A stretch of DNA of 63,105 bases, the filler included, from Sphacelaria rigidula (lineage: Eukaryota): NCBI GenBank assembly GCA_964200075.2. It is 10 parts of 10 records of this genome, joined end to end, with 100 filler letters (N's around TTAATTAATTAA, not from the genome) between each part and the next. Parts side by side here need not be neighbours in the genome. Positions count along the whole stretch, not along the records: positions 1 to 6,221 come from CAXNAA020021418.1; positions 6,322 to 12,542 come from CAXNAA020021419.1; 8 more parts are not named here. One strand, 5' to 3'. This document shows positions 1-11,560 of this stretch, in pieces (within the stretch, counting starts at the first letter, position 1; each line of letters opens with the position of its first letter). Under the pieces are notes generated by a model. That model worked only from the letters and a program-made list of their open reading frames with translations. It was not told the DNA's origin and did not search any database. The position numbers and the translations under genes are program-made.

Positions 1-204
1 TGTCGAACACCCCCAACGCCGTTTACACATTAGACTAAACTTTGCTTCGCTATCCCGGCGCACGCGAGATGTCGTAAAGGGCTTATGATCTATTGGCATC
101 GATCGTTCTCTCGAAAACCTTCAGCACGGACAGTACCCAGCGCAGAGATTACAGGATACTGTTGTCTGTGCTGTCTCATGCAGTGAGTTAGTTGTAGGTG
201 TCAG

Positions 205-690
205 CTGGCACACAACAGTAGTACGCACGGCTGTAGTGAAAATGATGCGTACAGCGTGAGATTGGACAACGTGCAATACAGATAATAGCAGGCAGTACTG
301 TACTGTCTGTACTGCAGATTGAACAACAACAGTAGGATCCACATGCCATGCTGCACCCGACGCCTGCCGAAAATTATTATGGGCGACGTGCAGTGCAGAC
401 ACTACGTGGGTTGTACTGCTGCATCCAACAGTACACAATGATGGAAATGTTAGTTTGCCAATAGTACAACGGCTGTACTAATGATGATGTGCGCAACGTG
501 CAGTACAGGCAGAACTACGCAGTACAATACTGCCTGTTTGTACTGCCTGCCGCATACGGCAGTATACATGCGCACATGTCAAGTTGGAGACGGTAATACA
601 CAACGGCTGCACTTGAATTGATATGGAGGAGTGCAGCACAGACAGTACTAGACAGTACAGTACTTTGGTCTGTATACTGCCGCCTACTTG
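205..690. repeat. Degenerate tandem repeat rich in CAGTAC/GTACTG
   Basis: Recurring block ACGGCTG...GTGCA(G/A)TACAG...CAGTAC...TGTACTGC near 227, 469 and 603. Confidence 0.55.
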
Positions 691-1781
691 ATATTGCAGT
701 ATAGATTTAAGATGGCAGGTTGCACACAGGGCGAGCTGGGTCAGCAGCGATCGGGGGAAGTCTACGTTTCAGGTGTTTTTACATTATCACAGGGAGCTTG
801 GCATGGCGAATTCTTCAGGTCTTTGTACCTCGCCTTGGCCTGCACATCCCTTCGGTTTCCGCTGATCGTTCTTTTGGTATCCCCCCACCCTTTTGGTACC
901 CACCCCCCTCAAAAATATATCTGCAACCGTAAGCTAGGATCAACATCTCTCATAGTATTTTCCTAGCGGTATTTTTTTCTCATACTATGTTGTGAAATAC
1001 GAGGGGAAATAACCAACCGGAAGAAACGGCCTCAAGCCAAACCTCCCACACACAGATTAGGGTAAACCAAAGGGAATGTAGAAAGCGCGACTATGGCCGA
1101 GTGTTCAAACTCGGCACTGGCCCAAAATTTAAGACCTCTCCATATTCAGACGGAGGACTGAAACATAGGGCATACCCTGTTTCACTGCTGTACCGCAGCA
1201 GAAACACTCAATCCGCGCTGTATGTGTCGGAGCTTCGACTGTCTGTTCTGTTGTGGTATGCTCACGCATTGCAAACACGGTTTGGATTGCATGGGCTGCG
1301 ATATTATCGATGTGTTCGTCTCTGCAGAAAACATGATTGGTCGGCACGCAGTGCTGGCATCACACATTTGAAAGCTTCATGGGTGTGTTTGACTATTTCG
1401 TCTTCGGTAAGACGAACAACGCACTGTCCGTTGATGCGATACTTCAGCTCATGTCGCGCGTTGGGCGCATGTACTATACCTGTGCCGTACTTGTCTTATG
1501 TGTTCAGTGCACAACAGTTTATTATCTATTATACTGGATTTTGCTGAAACGCGCTACGAGTTGGACTGCACGCACATTTGTTTTCAGAGTACTCCCCTGG
1601 AACTTCCCAAGCGGAAGGGAGATACATGATTGGTGAGTTAGCGGGCGATCTGTCCTGCTCCAAATGCAGCTTGCTCTTGCTCTTGGCTGCGCAGATATGA
1701 TGTACTGATGATGTAAAGTAACGTACACATATTACACGTATACATCTGCATTTCATCTTGGAATTTGCGCTCTAACTGCAG

Positions 1782-1895
1782 GTCGCTGGGCTTGTAGCTT
1801 TCATGTCGCCGACAGGGGTCGCACCGGCGCCTCCGACCGCTGCAGCGAAGGGACCGCGAGCGGACGACCAGCCACCTACTCCTCGTGTGACTTCG
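1782..1895 (+). CDS. Candidate Pro/Ala-rich exon, copy 1 (VAGLVAFMSPTGVAPAPPTAAAKGPRADDQPPTPRVTS)
   Basis: CTAACTGCAG acceptor and GTAAGT donor; 114 nt, phase 0, no stop; paralogous to 2211-2333. Confidence 0.55.
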
Positions 1896-2210
1896 GTAAG
1901 TCTTCCCAGATGCGGGTATTGAAGGCTTCCGCTGCTATCGCTGTCCCAGTTTGTATCGTCTCTTGTAGAAATTGAATCCCATGCGCGAAGTAGTCTTGCA
2001 TGATCGAACGTGAATATCAGGCGTCCTCACGCACGTGTCGATGACATGAACTGCAGCTTGTTCGGTGTGGGCTCCTTCGTGGTGTGCTCTCGTCTACCAA
2101 CTCGAATGCCTCCTGTTCTTGGCTGCGCACATATGATGTACTGGTGATGTAAAGTAACTCAAACATATTGTATATCCAACCGTCGTTGGGGTATTTGTGC
2201 CAAAATTCAG

Positions 2211-2333
2211 GCCGTTGCGCTCGCAGCTTTTATGCCGCCGAACGCGATGGCACCCGCGTCTCCGACGGCTCCACCGGAGCCACCGCAAGCAGACGATCAG
2301 CCACCTACTATGCCTCGGACTCCTCTAGCGACA
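2211..2333 (+). CDS. Candidate Pro/Ala-rich exon, copy 2 (AVALAAFMPPNAMAPASPTAPPEPPQADDQPPTMPRTPLAT)
   Basis: TTCAG acceptor and GTGAGT donor; 123 nt, phase 0; upstream intron sequence also duplicated (about 1681-1733 vs 2118-2169). Confidence 0.55.
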
Positions 2334-2809
2334 GTGAGTGCTTGGCCTCTCTCTTTCTCTTTCTCTCGCTCTCTCTCTGTCTGCGGGTGTGTTTGTGCGT
2401 GTTCGAATGTTTGGGCCGCACAGTAGCAGCCATCAGACAACAGCACTACCAAATGTTGTTGAGGCCGCTTCTCTCGGAGAGAGTCATTTCGGCCAGCCCC
2501 AGGAGACCTTTATCAAAATGCGAGTTTACAGGGCCATTTTTCACGAAACAAATCTCTGGAAACTGGCCGCAATTTGCAGACAGCGGGATTTTGCCGAATA
2601 TATTTGCGAAAAGCCATTTATTCGCAGAGTCTTTTCTCTGTCCGGGAATTGTCGTCCCATCACACATTCCTCGCACACCGCGCCCGCAGTGGTATAGCCG
2701 GTACCCGATCACACACTCCTCGTATACAAGCGCAGTATAGACAGCCCAGAAGTAGTTGCCCATGTCGTATGTACATTTTTTGCGCCTCATATTTGGGTTC
2801 AGGCTGCAT

Positions 2810-4560
2810 GAAGCGCCTCATATTGGCAACATTGGCGAGAACTAGCCCAAGCGCGGGAATTCCCAGCTACTGGTTGTGCGAGATACAAGTTGTTTTGCTT
2901 TATCCTACATCCATTACTTGTCATGCTAACAGGGAAGGGGAGTACGGCCCGAGCTACATGACGATCATGAAGAGTTACCCTGACCTGCGCGACACGCCAG
3001 ACCACCCTCGAAAGGCGATACCGGACCACATGCTCAGTCAACACCGTCATTGCATTGACGCGGCGGGACCCCGAATCAAGAACGGCTGCAACAACATCGG
3101 TGCGTGAACTCGGTAGCGAGGGTAGGTCATCGTCTCTTCAGCTGGCGCAGGAAGGATTGTTTGAACGTGTGGGGTGGTTACTGGTTGCGATGTGGGGGGC
3201 CGGAGGGAAGAAACGTCCATTTCGGGTCGAGTCATTGCGACTTGTTTCGGGATCAAAGAAGAGACATGATCGTGCATTTTCTTCTCTGGAGGACGCTAGT
3301 GGTGTTTCCGGCAGTTGTGCTTGTCCACGTACTATGGGCAGATAGAGGGCTGAGGCAGACGCTACCGCCATACTCCCGTTCACGACCTTCGGGGTTTATC
3401 GCCCGTAAGGACCTCTCGACAACCTACCGATGCTCCAGTTTCTTCATCGGGTGTTTCTTGTTACTGCCCCCCCCCCCCCCCCCCCCCCCCCCTCCCCCCA
3501 CACACCCCAACCCCACACCCGGGGGGGGGAAGGGAGACAAGCGGGGACAGGGGAAAAATAAAGGGGNNNNNNNNNNTTCTCCCCCCCTGGTCCCCCCTCA
3601 CACCCCCCCCCTCCCCCATTTTTTTCCTCGGGTTTTTTTTTTTATTCCCCCCCCCCCCCCCCGCCACGTCTGCTTCCCACTAACATCGCAGCTGAACTGC
3701 CGGAGGGACGTAAGGCAGACAGTCTGTACGAGAGAAGAATGCAGGAGTTGGCAGAAGAAGTTGTAGAGATCGGCAAGTTTTCGGATGTTAAGCTCGACTG
3801 GAACCTTTTCTTGTACAATCTTCAACCTCTCCTCCCAACTGTTAACCCGCCTGCCTCGGCGGGGGTGGGGGAGGGGCCAGGAGCGGGCGGGGTCGTTCCG
3901 AGACCGGCTAATTCGGTAGTGCTTAACGTGGAAGTTGGAGAGTTCGTCGCTCTTCCGACGCCACCATCAGCTGGGAAAGTACTGTCCACAGCTCCGGGAG
4001 AGGGAGGTGACGAGTTGACGTTGCACTGGTACATGCCTGCGAGAGTTACCGACAAATGCGTACGTTCGGAGTACGGTGAGGGGAGATGGACAGAGGAGTA
4101 CCTGATGGAGGGTGGGAGGCGGGTAGCTTTCATTGGCTCAGAGAGCGTTGCGGCCTTCAGCTCAAAATTCTTGAGCCTTACTAAGCAGGGCAAGATGCCG
4201 AAGCACGTTTGGGCTTCTGTCGCAGAAAGTACTTTGCCGGGGGCATAGGGTGAAAGTGAGGACGATGAAGAGGGGGAGGAGGGAGAGGAGGAGGAGGACG
4301 ACGAAGAGGACGACGAGGGAGAGGACATGGTAGAGGCAGGGGTTTGCGAGACAGCAAGCCCGGTATTGCCGACTCCCCCTCTCGCAGACCCTCCCGTGCC
4401 TGTAGTACCGCGCCCGCGTGTGGAGCCACCCCCGGAGGTACAGCGCAATGCTGCGTACTACCGACCACGTAGGGATGGTCGGCCAGTAAACGCTGAACCG
4501 AGCAATCAGTTGAGGATCGCATTTAGAGATGAGAAACGGCGGAGAACGGTAAAATTGTAA
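2810..4560 (+). pseudogene. Disrupted intronless coding sequence, probably transposon-derived (C-terminal part with acidic tract)
   Basis: ORFs 3739-4248 and 4327-4560 are in one frame, separated by a single TAG and the tract GESEDDEEGEEGEEEEDDEEDDEGED; protein-like segments at 2930-3107; family not identified. Confidence 0.45.
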
Positions 4561-5299
4561 AGCGACAGAGCAAGCTTGATGCTGTTTTCTCAAACGTATT
4601 GGTACGTTCGATTGTCATTCGGGTCTTGTCTGTGAGGGTATGACATGTTGAGGAATGACTTCGCGTGCCATGTGATACCTCCGTCGAGTGGCATAGTGTA
4701 ATGCCTGGCTGGGTGATGGCCCCGACGTGCGACCACTGAGCGTGGTATGACGAATGCGCACAGACAGATACCAACTATGAGTCGCGCATCGCATCGTTTG
4801 GGACGAGACGGACGTAATCCTCATTTTTGGGACGTGCCGTTCACTTGAACCAAGCACCTTTCTTATAGCATCGAGAAAATCAACACACAAAGGCGGAACA
4901 ATTTGGAACAATTCTGCAATGTTTGCGCATGAAATACGTAAATGTTGGCCGCCGAAGCTCGCGCCCCAACCCGAATAATGAATATGCGTGTTTTCATCGC
5001 TTCCAATTCTGGGTGATAAGGGACACGAACTGTTTTGCCAAAGAATCGACCACAAAGAAAAGTGGTCCTCCGTTTGAAATACTCACTCTGAATCCGAAAC
5101 TACACCCTGAATGTCACGAAAATGGTGGTTTGAGTCGTTTTCCGTTCTGTTTTCTGCTGAATATGCACAAGCGCACGACGCTTCATTTAAGCTACTGCAC
5201 ATCCACGTAGCATAATCAAACACCATCCCACAGCTCTGCGAATAGGCGCGTGTGTGTCTTTTTCCAAAATCAGCTTTTTGGTCGATCCGCTGCTAAGCA

Positions 5300-5810
5300 T
5301 GCAGAGAGTAAGGGTGGACCCAGGACGTGCAGCAGAGGCCATACAAGGAGTCACAGCGGTCGCATGACCTTCCGTGCTGCTGCAAAGACCTTGGACATCT
5401 CCGTTGGTTCGCCGCAGAAGTGTGTCAGTGGTAAGGTAGGCATAGCTGGCAGAGTTGGCCCGGGTACTGTACTGTCGACGGAGGAAGAAAATTTCATTTA
5501 AGATATGCTGACATTTGCCGCAGCTCGTCAACGGGCCTGAATAGAGATGGCCTGAAAAAGGTCGGTATGGCACTCTGCAACGACAACCGACCGGTGCCAT
5601 AGGACCCGGCGGTAGACTCACGTCGAAAAATGAATCGACTTGTTCCTTCGGAGGCGGGTGAACGCAGCAACCGCATCTACAGGGCCGACAGGGTGGTGCG
5701 GCCGACGAGGAAGATCGCATGCCGGAGTTTTATGCGGGCTGTGAGGACTACGTGGACAAGGGGAAGCCAGCAAGGGACCACCTGATGGGCCACTGACGAC
5801 ACAGGTGCTT
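5300..5810 (+). mobile_element. Degenerate pogo/CENP-B-type (Tc1/mariner superfamily) transposase N-terminus
   Basis: HTH_psq-like MTFRAAAKTLDISVGSPQKCVSGK followed by GPGTVLSTEEE; then frameshifted LWATDDTG (5781-5806), matching the (I/L)WNxDETG first catalytic Asp motif; several stops. Confidence 0.7.
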
Positions 5811-6221
5811 TACCATCTCTGAAGAGCCGTTCCGTTCATGTGATACAAGGCATATGTCTAGAACTAGAGTCAGCGGCTGTTGCTGTGGAGTGGTGTTTGT
5901 CTGCTCGCAATTTTGTTGTGTTTGAAACGGTAGTGTTCTCGTCACATTTTTTGCCGACACACCACTTGGTGTTTGCCTGCTCATTGCTGTCTCGGCGTGT
6001 CCATTTGAATGCACTTACTCCTTATAGAGGTACTGCCTATACTGTCTGTAGAGGTGTTGCAAGTACCGCCGTTAGAGGTGGTGCCAGTGCTGTGCGTACC
6101 ACCTGGTACTCGACGTACTACTCTGTACCCCCCCCCCCCCCACACGCACCCCACGACGCACACAATGCCGACGCAGCGGGCATGAGCTGCGACCAGCTAA
6201 TGAGGAACAGCAGAAGAGGAA

Positions 6222-6321
6222 NNNNNNNNNNNNNNNNNNNNNNNNNNNNNNNNNNNNNNNNNNNNTTAATTAATTAANNNNNNNNNNNNNNNNNNNNNNN
6301 NNNNNNNNNNNNNNNNNNNNN
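6222..6321. other. Artificial contig linker 1 (N44-TTAATTAATTAA-N44)
   Basis: 100-nt spacer with stop codons in all six frames; identical at all nine junctions. Confidence 0.99.
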
Positions 6322-6392
6322 TCATTCACTGATTGACCGCTTTTCACTCTCAATCGTATCATCTACTCTCAATCTCACGAGAACACTGTTTA

Positions 6393-7317
6393 CAGTACAA
6401 TCGATAAAATGGATGCCCCAAAATACAGCTGCAGACACACACGACGGGGGTAAGTCCCACGCTTGGGGTTGTTTCGCCAGTAGTGCCCATGCGAGGCGCT
6501 TCATCCAGTCTGAACCAGCTATCACGCCTCGTATGGCCACTTCCGCCGTGGCTGTGCTGAGAACGGGTTTCGCGGAGGGGCTGTCGAAGGATACTAGTGT
6601 AGTGCAACGCGCTTGCGACATCCGAGCCGTTTCTTCAAATTCAGAACCCGCATCAGCTGTAGTTTGAATATCCCTCCTGACGATCCCAACCGGGGTCTGA
6701 ACAAGCGACGGAACGTGCTGGCATCCTCTCCCTCAGATAGGATTTGTGACCACTGTGGGGGTATTCGGTGAAGATCGCTCGCAATGGAACATGTAGAATA
6801 GTATTCAGGGGTATCGTAGTACATCTTTCCCTGTTCAAAATCGAAATTTCCTTGCTTGAACGCTAAAAACCCGTTACAATGAACTACTGCTTTCCAAGAA
6901 AACCATCCGTGATTTCAGGCCTTCTCCTGGGGGTCTTATCCTAACGCTGAGGTGGTCACAGATCCTATCTAAGGGGGAGGGTGCCATCGCTTTCCGCCCC
7001 TGGATCAGACCCCGGTTGGGACCGTCAGGAGGGATATTCAAACTACAGCTGATGCGGGTTCTGAATTGAAGAAGCGGCTCGGATGTCGCAGGCGCGTTGC
7101 ACTGCAGTAGTAGTGTTCGACAGCCTCACCGCGAAACCCGTTTTTAACACAGCCACGGTGGAGATGGTCATACAAGGCGTGATAGCTGGTTCAGACTGGA
7201 TGAAGCGCCTCGCATGGGCACTACTGGCGAAACAACCCCAAGCATGGGACTAACTCTTACCCCCGTCGTGTGCGTCTGCAGCTGTATTTTGGGGCATCCA
7301 TTTTACCGACTGTACTG
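6393..7317. mobile_element. Foldback/MITE element with about 360-bp terminal inverted repeats and TA target duplication
   Basis: 6393-6753 is the near-exact reverse complement of 6952-7317; termini TA|CAGTAC...GTACTG|TA are pogo-like. Confidence 0.85.
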
Positions 7318-7698
7318 TAGTGATGCTGTACTATGGTGCTGGTATATCTCAGCAGACTGCTGAGTGATGCTGCGTTTCAAAGATCGCAGGCGTCTATTCC
7401 CGCATTGGATCGTTTAAGCCCTTTTCTTCGCGTTTTTGCCAGCACGTGCAACGGGTCAATGACTTCACCATCCACAGCCCGCCTATGCGTCAGCACCACA
7501 AAAGTGAGGCGATTTCGTGTCCGCGAATTCGGCGTTCGGTCACGGGTCTGAACAAAAGGGCTGATGTGAAAGAAATAGGTGCTTGTGTACGGCCAGTAGC
7601 CTTTACCGTTTTGTCGTAGTTATTATAGTGTGTGCAGAGACTCATTTTTGAAACCGACCGCACAATACTACCGACCGGCTACCACCGTGGAGTCTATG

Positions 7699-7846
7699 AT
7701 ACGTACAGTACAGTATCGCATCGTATGACAACAGACTGTGTTGTAGTGTAGGCAACTTCACGAAGATACAGCCGTTATGATACAGGATATGTTCAGTACA
7801 GTACCGCATCATATGGCAACAGACTGTGTTATAGTGTACGCAACTT
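7699..7846. repeat. Two-copy direct repeat, period about 87 bp
   Basis: CAGTACAGTA(T/C)CGCATC(G/A)TATG(A/G)CAACAGACTGTGTT(G/A)TAGTGTA(G/C)GCAACTTC occurs twice. Confidence 0.85.
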
Positions 7847-8153
7847 CCCCGCGCTACACGGTCTGGTAGCTGGAGCTCTGGAAGGTTGGCACAGAGTAGG
7901 TGCAGGCGCGGGTAGTGCGTTCCACGCTGACCTAGCGAGCAACCATGAGCAGCACCAACCGTGCTTCTGCTGTACATGGCGCGATTAGTCCATCATGGAC
8001 ATCCTCGAAAACAATAACCCTTCCACCAACTCACCAGCTGGCGGCCGCACGTGCATGTGCAGCTCCAAGGTCGCGACCGACTTCATCGCGCACGACGGCT
8101 CCAGCTACAGCCGTCGTCCTAACACAGTCACTCTCTGTGCCTGGTGTATAACA

Positions 8154-8596
8154 CGGGATTTTACAATTTGGGGCAGATTGGGGATGTTTTTTTTGTTTAG
8201 GATGAGAACCCGGATAAGTAAAGTCTTCGTATCCACACCAAATCTTCGAAATATAGTTCCGCTCCTTCACCTAGTAGTAGCTTTTGACAACTACTATACG
8301 CCATACAAATTTGGACCCTGATAACCGACATGTTGGGGTCCTAGGTGAAGAAAAAAATGGGGGATGTAGATGATCCGATCAGATCGCCGAAATCCCCCCA
8401 AACTCCTTTTACACCTAGGACCCCAACATTTCGGTTATCGAAATCCTAATTCGTATGGCGTGTAGCAGTTGTCAATAGCTACCAGTAAGTGAAGGAATGG
8501 AACCATATTCGAACATTTGGTGTAGGTACGAAGATTTTAATGATCCGGGTTTCTCATCCTCAATAAAAAAATCCATCCCCAATCTGTGAAATCCCG
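8154..8596. mobile_element. Palindromic MITE (about 440 bp)
   Basis: Left half (CGGGATTT...GATAACCGACATGTTGGGGTCCTAGGTG) is the diverged reverse complement of the right half (CACCTAGGACCCCAACATTTCGGTTATC...AAATCCCG|TA). Confidence 0.8.
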
Positions 8597-8834
8597 TATT
8601 GTGTGGTCTGCTGGGACGGTAAGACCGGCTCCTCGTCGAGGTACGTCACCCCGACAAGGGAGCAGAAGTGCGTCGGCCGCAGACGGTGGAGACTCGCCTT
8701 GGCGAGCGACTGCAGGAGACGCTCGAATATGCGTCGGGTTGGCGCCGGTCGCAGGTGGTGTAGGTTCTTTTGGGCCAGGGCTGGCGGAACGCGACCGGGG
8801 TGTGGTTGGGCAGGCGCCGGTGATAATTAGCAAC

Positions 8835-9085
8835 GACTCGTTCGGTCAAGCGTTGGCGGGGGGCGGTCGAGTGCCGGTGGGAGCCGGAAAACGTTGGTTT
8901 TGGCGGGCGCAGCTGGTACGTGAGAGAGACTCGCTTGGCCGAGCACCGGTGACAGTTGGTACGGACTCGTTCGGCCTAGCGTCCGCGGGGGGTGGCCGAG
9001 CGCCGGCGGGACGGCAGGCACCCGTGACACTTGGCAGGCAATCGTGCGGTCGAGCGCCGGCGGGAGCCGGCCGACATTGTCCGGG
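8835..9085. repeat. GC-rich degenerate short repeats
   Basis: GACTCG(T/C)T(C/T)GG and GG(T/C)CGAGCGCCGG(C/T)GGGA motifs recur 3-4 times. Confidence 0.5.
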
Positions 9086-10163
9086 CGGGCCCCGCTGGCA
9101 GGTCGAGGTGTGAGTGGGCAGCCTCCGCTGGCAGGCGGGAAAGACCCGCTCGACCGAGCACCGGCGGGAGATGGCCGAGAAGGGATTGGGCGGGCGCCAC
9201 TTGCAGGTGGCGGAGACTAATTTGGGCGAGCGCGGACGAGAGGTCGTCGAGCGACTGCTGCGCGGCGCAACCCAGGTAGAGGTGGTCGACGCGGGCACAG
9301 CGAAGCAGCAGCTTGAAATATTCACTGCTCTATATGCCGCCGCGAGGGCAACTCCGTAGTGTTCGTGATGGGAACGCGAAGGAGATTATTGCCTTGGCAA
9401 CGACAAGTGCGGGCGATGGGCTTGCAGCGGTTGCTATAAGAGTTTTAACCGTGACCTCAACGCCAAGTGCTGCCGATGCGACAAGAACATATGCCAGTTT
9501 TGCGAATGCCAAAAGTGAGTCCGTCACTGGTAAAGTGCAACTTCCTCCCATATCGCTGATCCTTGTGTTTCGGCGTCAGAGTGTTCCCGTGTGAGTACGT
9601 GTGTGCAATGTATCGGTGTTAGGTTTAGCCTAATTTTCAAGTGGAATGGCTCTAGGCGGCCGAAGGAGAGGACGGTGGATACGACACACATGAAGCGAAA
9701 ACTCTGAAAACGACCGTGTAGTGAACATTTCAAAATCGAAGCCAACGTTTTTGACCGTATTCATAAATGAGTAACCTCTTGTCTGGTAAATATAAAAAAT
9801 ATATATGTGCAGGAAATAGGTGTTGAAGCTTTTCAGCGGAATACTGATGTGGGGTGATGCATTTGTATTTTTTCCACGCCATACCCTCCGAGCGCCTCCA
9901 CCCACGCGCGCCCATCTTTTTCAGTACGGAAGGTAGCATCTGCTAAGCCTGGCGTCTGTTGATATTGCTATTTTTGGACTAATGAACGTTCTCGTGCTGC
10001 CGCACAATGTAGGGTTTTCCCAATCACCCTCGTGTAGTCGTCATTTTCTACTCGTAATCTCACCGAATGCAGTGCTTGCTTTGTAGATATTGTGCCCCAA
10101 TTCTATTAGCTTTGAAGAAAAAAAATGGTCGATTCATGCTAGGTTGGTGGATGTGATGCTCGC

Positions 10164-10535
10164 TACGAGTTGGGCCAGCCTAGAAGCGGATTTGTAATTT
10201 GTAGGCCCATTCGCAGCTTAATATTTAGAGTTGAACATTCAAATTTGGTATGGGCAATGAATAGGCCACAATTAAGAAGACGTATGCGTGGACTCCAAGC
10301 TCTTTTTTTCATGAGTTAACGACATTATACTGAACCTGACAACTGATTATTGACTTTTACTATGGGAGAAAAACAAAGCTTTGGGTCCATGCATGCGTTT
10401 TTGTATCACGGCCTATTCATTGTCCGTACCAAATTTCAAGGTCCAACTAAAACAATTGAGCTGCGGATGGGCCGTTTGAAAATCGGGGCGATCGAAATTC
10501 GGAACAGTATATTGCGGGCCACTTACCGACCCAGG
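10164..10535 (+). mobile_element. Non-autonomous DNA element, family D (TA|CGAG(C/T)TGGGCC terminus, internal inverted repeat)
   Basis: Internal IR about 10205-10267 vs 10410-10473; homologous to 44402-44760 and 51055-51451. Confidence 0.7.
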
Positions 10536-10556
10536 TTTGGTAATCATGTGTTGGAA

Positions 10557-10885
10557 TTTTATATGGACAACCTCATCCCTCCCGACCTCCCTAAAACTAT
10601 GTCGGGGGGTTTCTAGCCTTCCGTTCCCCCAAAGGGTTTGTGCGAAAGCACGATTTTCGAGTAAAACGTCTTTTTTTCACCCCGAAATCGAGGCAAAAGT
10701 GTGCTTCCGCGCATACCCTTTGGGAGAACGAGAGACTGGAAACCCCCCGGAATAGTTTTAGGGAGGTCGGGAGGGATGAGGTCGTCCATATGAAAGTCAT
10801 TCGTCACGAATTTAGGTCAAGGAAAGCACGGTTTTTGAGTTAAACCTCATTTTTCGTTTCAAACCCATTTTCGAGAATCCACTGT
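10557..10885. mobile_element. Palindromic MITE, family E (left arm truncated)
   Basis: IR about 10557-10650 vs 10703-10795; right end ...GAATCCACTG, i.e. a CAGTG-type terminus; second copy at 19035-19200. Confidence 0.8.
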
Positions 10886-11560
10886 TGAAAGTGGGTCAGT
10901 TTTTTCTTTAATTGATCTAGGACGCTTGAGTATGGTCAAGACCATTTTTCCCGATAACGCCCTCACCTCTCTCCCAAGAAGAAAGTGAGGGCTCTTTTTT
11001 CCCCCAGGATATCGTTGCCCTTTTCCATCATCAGTGTATAATCACAATTCAAGGAATTGAGCTAAACAAACTGAGGTAAGGTCCAAGAGCAACGTTTGTC
11101 CATCCTCACGACTCGCCCGAAAAAACGACAAAAAATGAAGAAGAAAAAAAATGTGACGCAGAAGAGTGAGAATGACCCAGCAGATGCCCTTCTCGGGTTG
11201 ACGGTATGTAGAGTGCGGTGATAGTCCCCGACAATTTCTACGATAGTCTCCCGTCAAAAAGTGCTTGGTTTGGGGAGGAAAAGTCTTCACGTTAATCGAA
11301 ATGGGAAAAGCCGAGCACAACGAGCAGCTGAGAACTCGTACGCTTCGGTTAATTCTCGCTAATGTCATCCATATATGTAAGCGAAACATCAGGTGCTGTA
11401 TGATCATTTTTTTCGTGACGCTTTTGGCTGGTTTTGGGGAGGGGGCTATTGTAGAATGTGTGCCTCCCCTTTTCTTGACTCGGTGTAACTGTTTAGGATG
11501 CTCGTGTATGTCGGCCGAGACGACATCGAAACGAGTGCATTCGTCGGTGTTTTTTTCACA

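Noticed and set aside
3466..3662. Poly-Pro/Gly ORFs and G-quadruplex-like C/G runs around a 10-N gap
   Set aside because: Homopolymer-rich sequence on both sides of a scaffold gap looks like low-quality read ends, not real sequence.
6222..6321. ORFs ending in XXXX-LIN and the periodic TTAATTAATTAA motif
   Set aside because: Products of the artificial linker; the roughly 6.3-kb periodicity reflects contig sorting by length.
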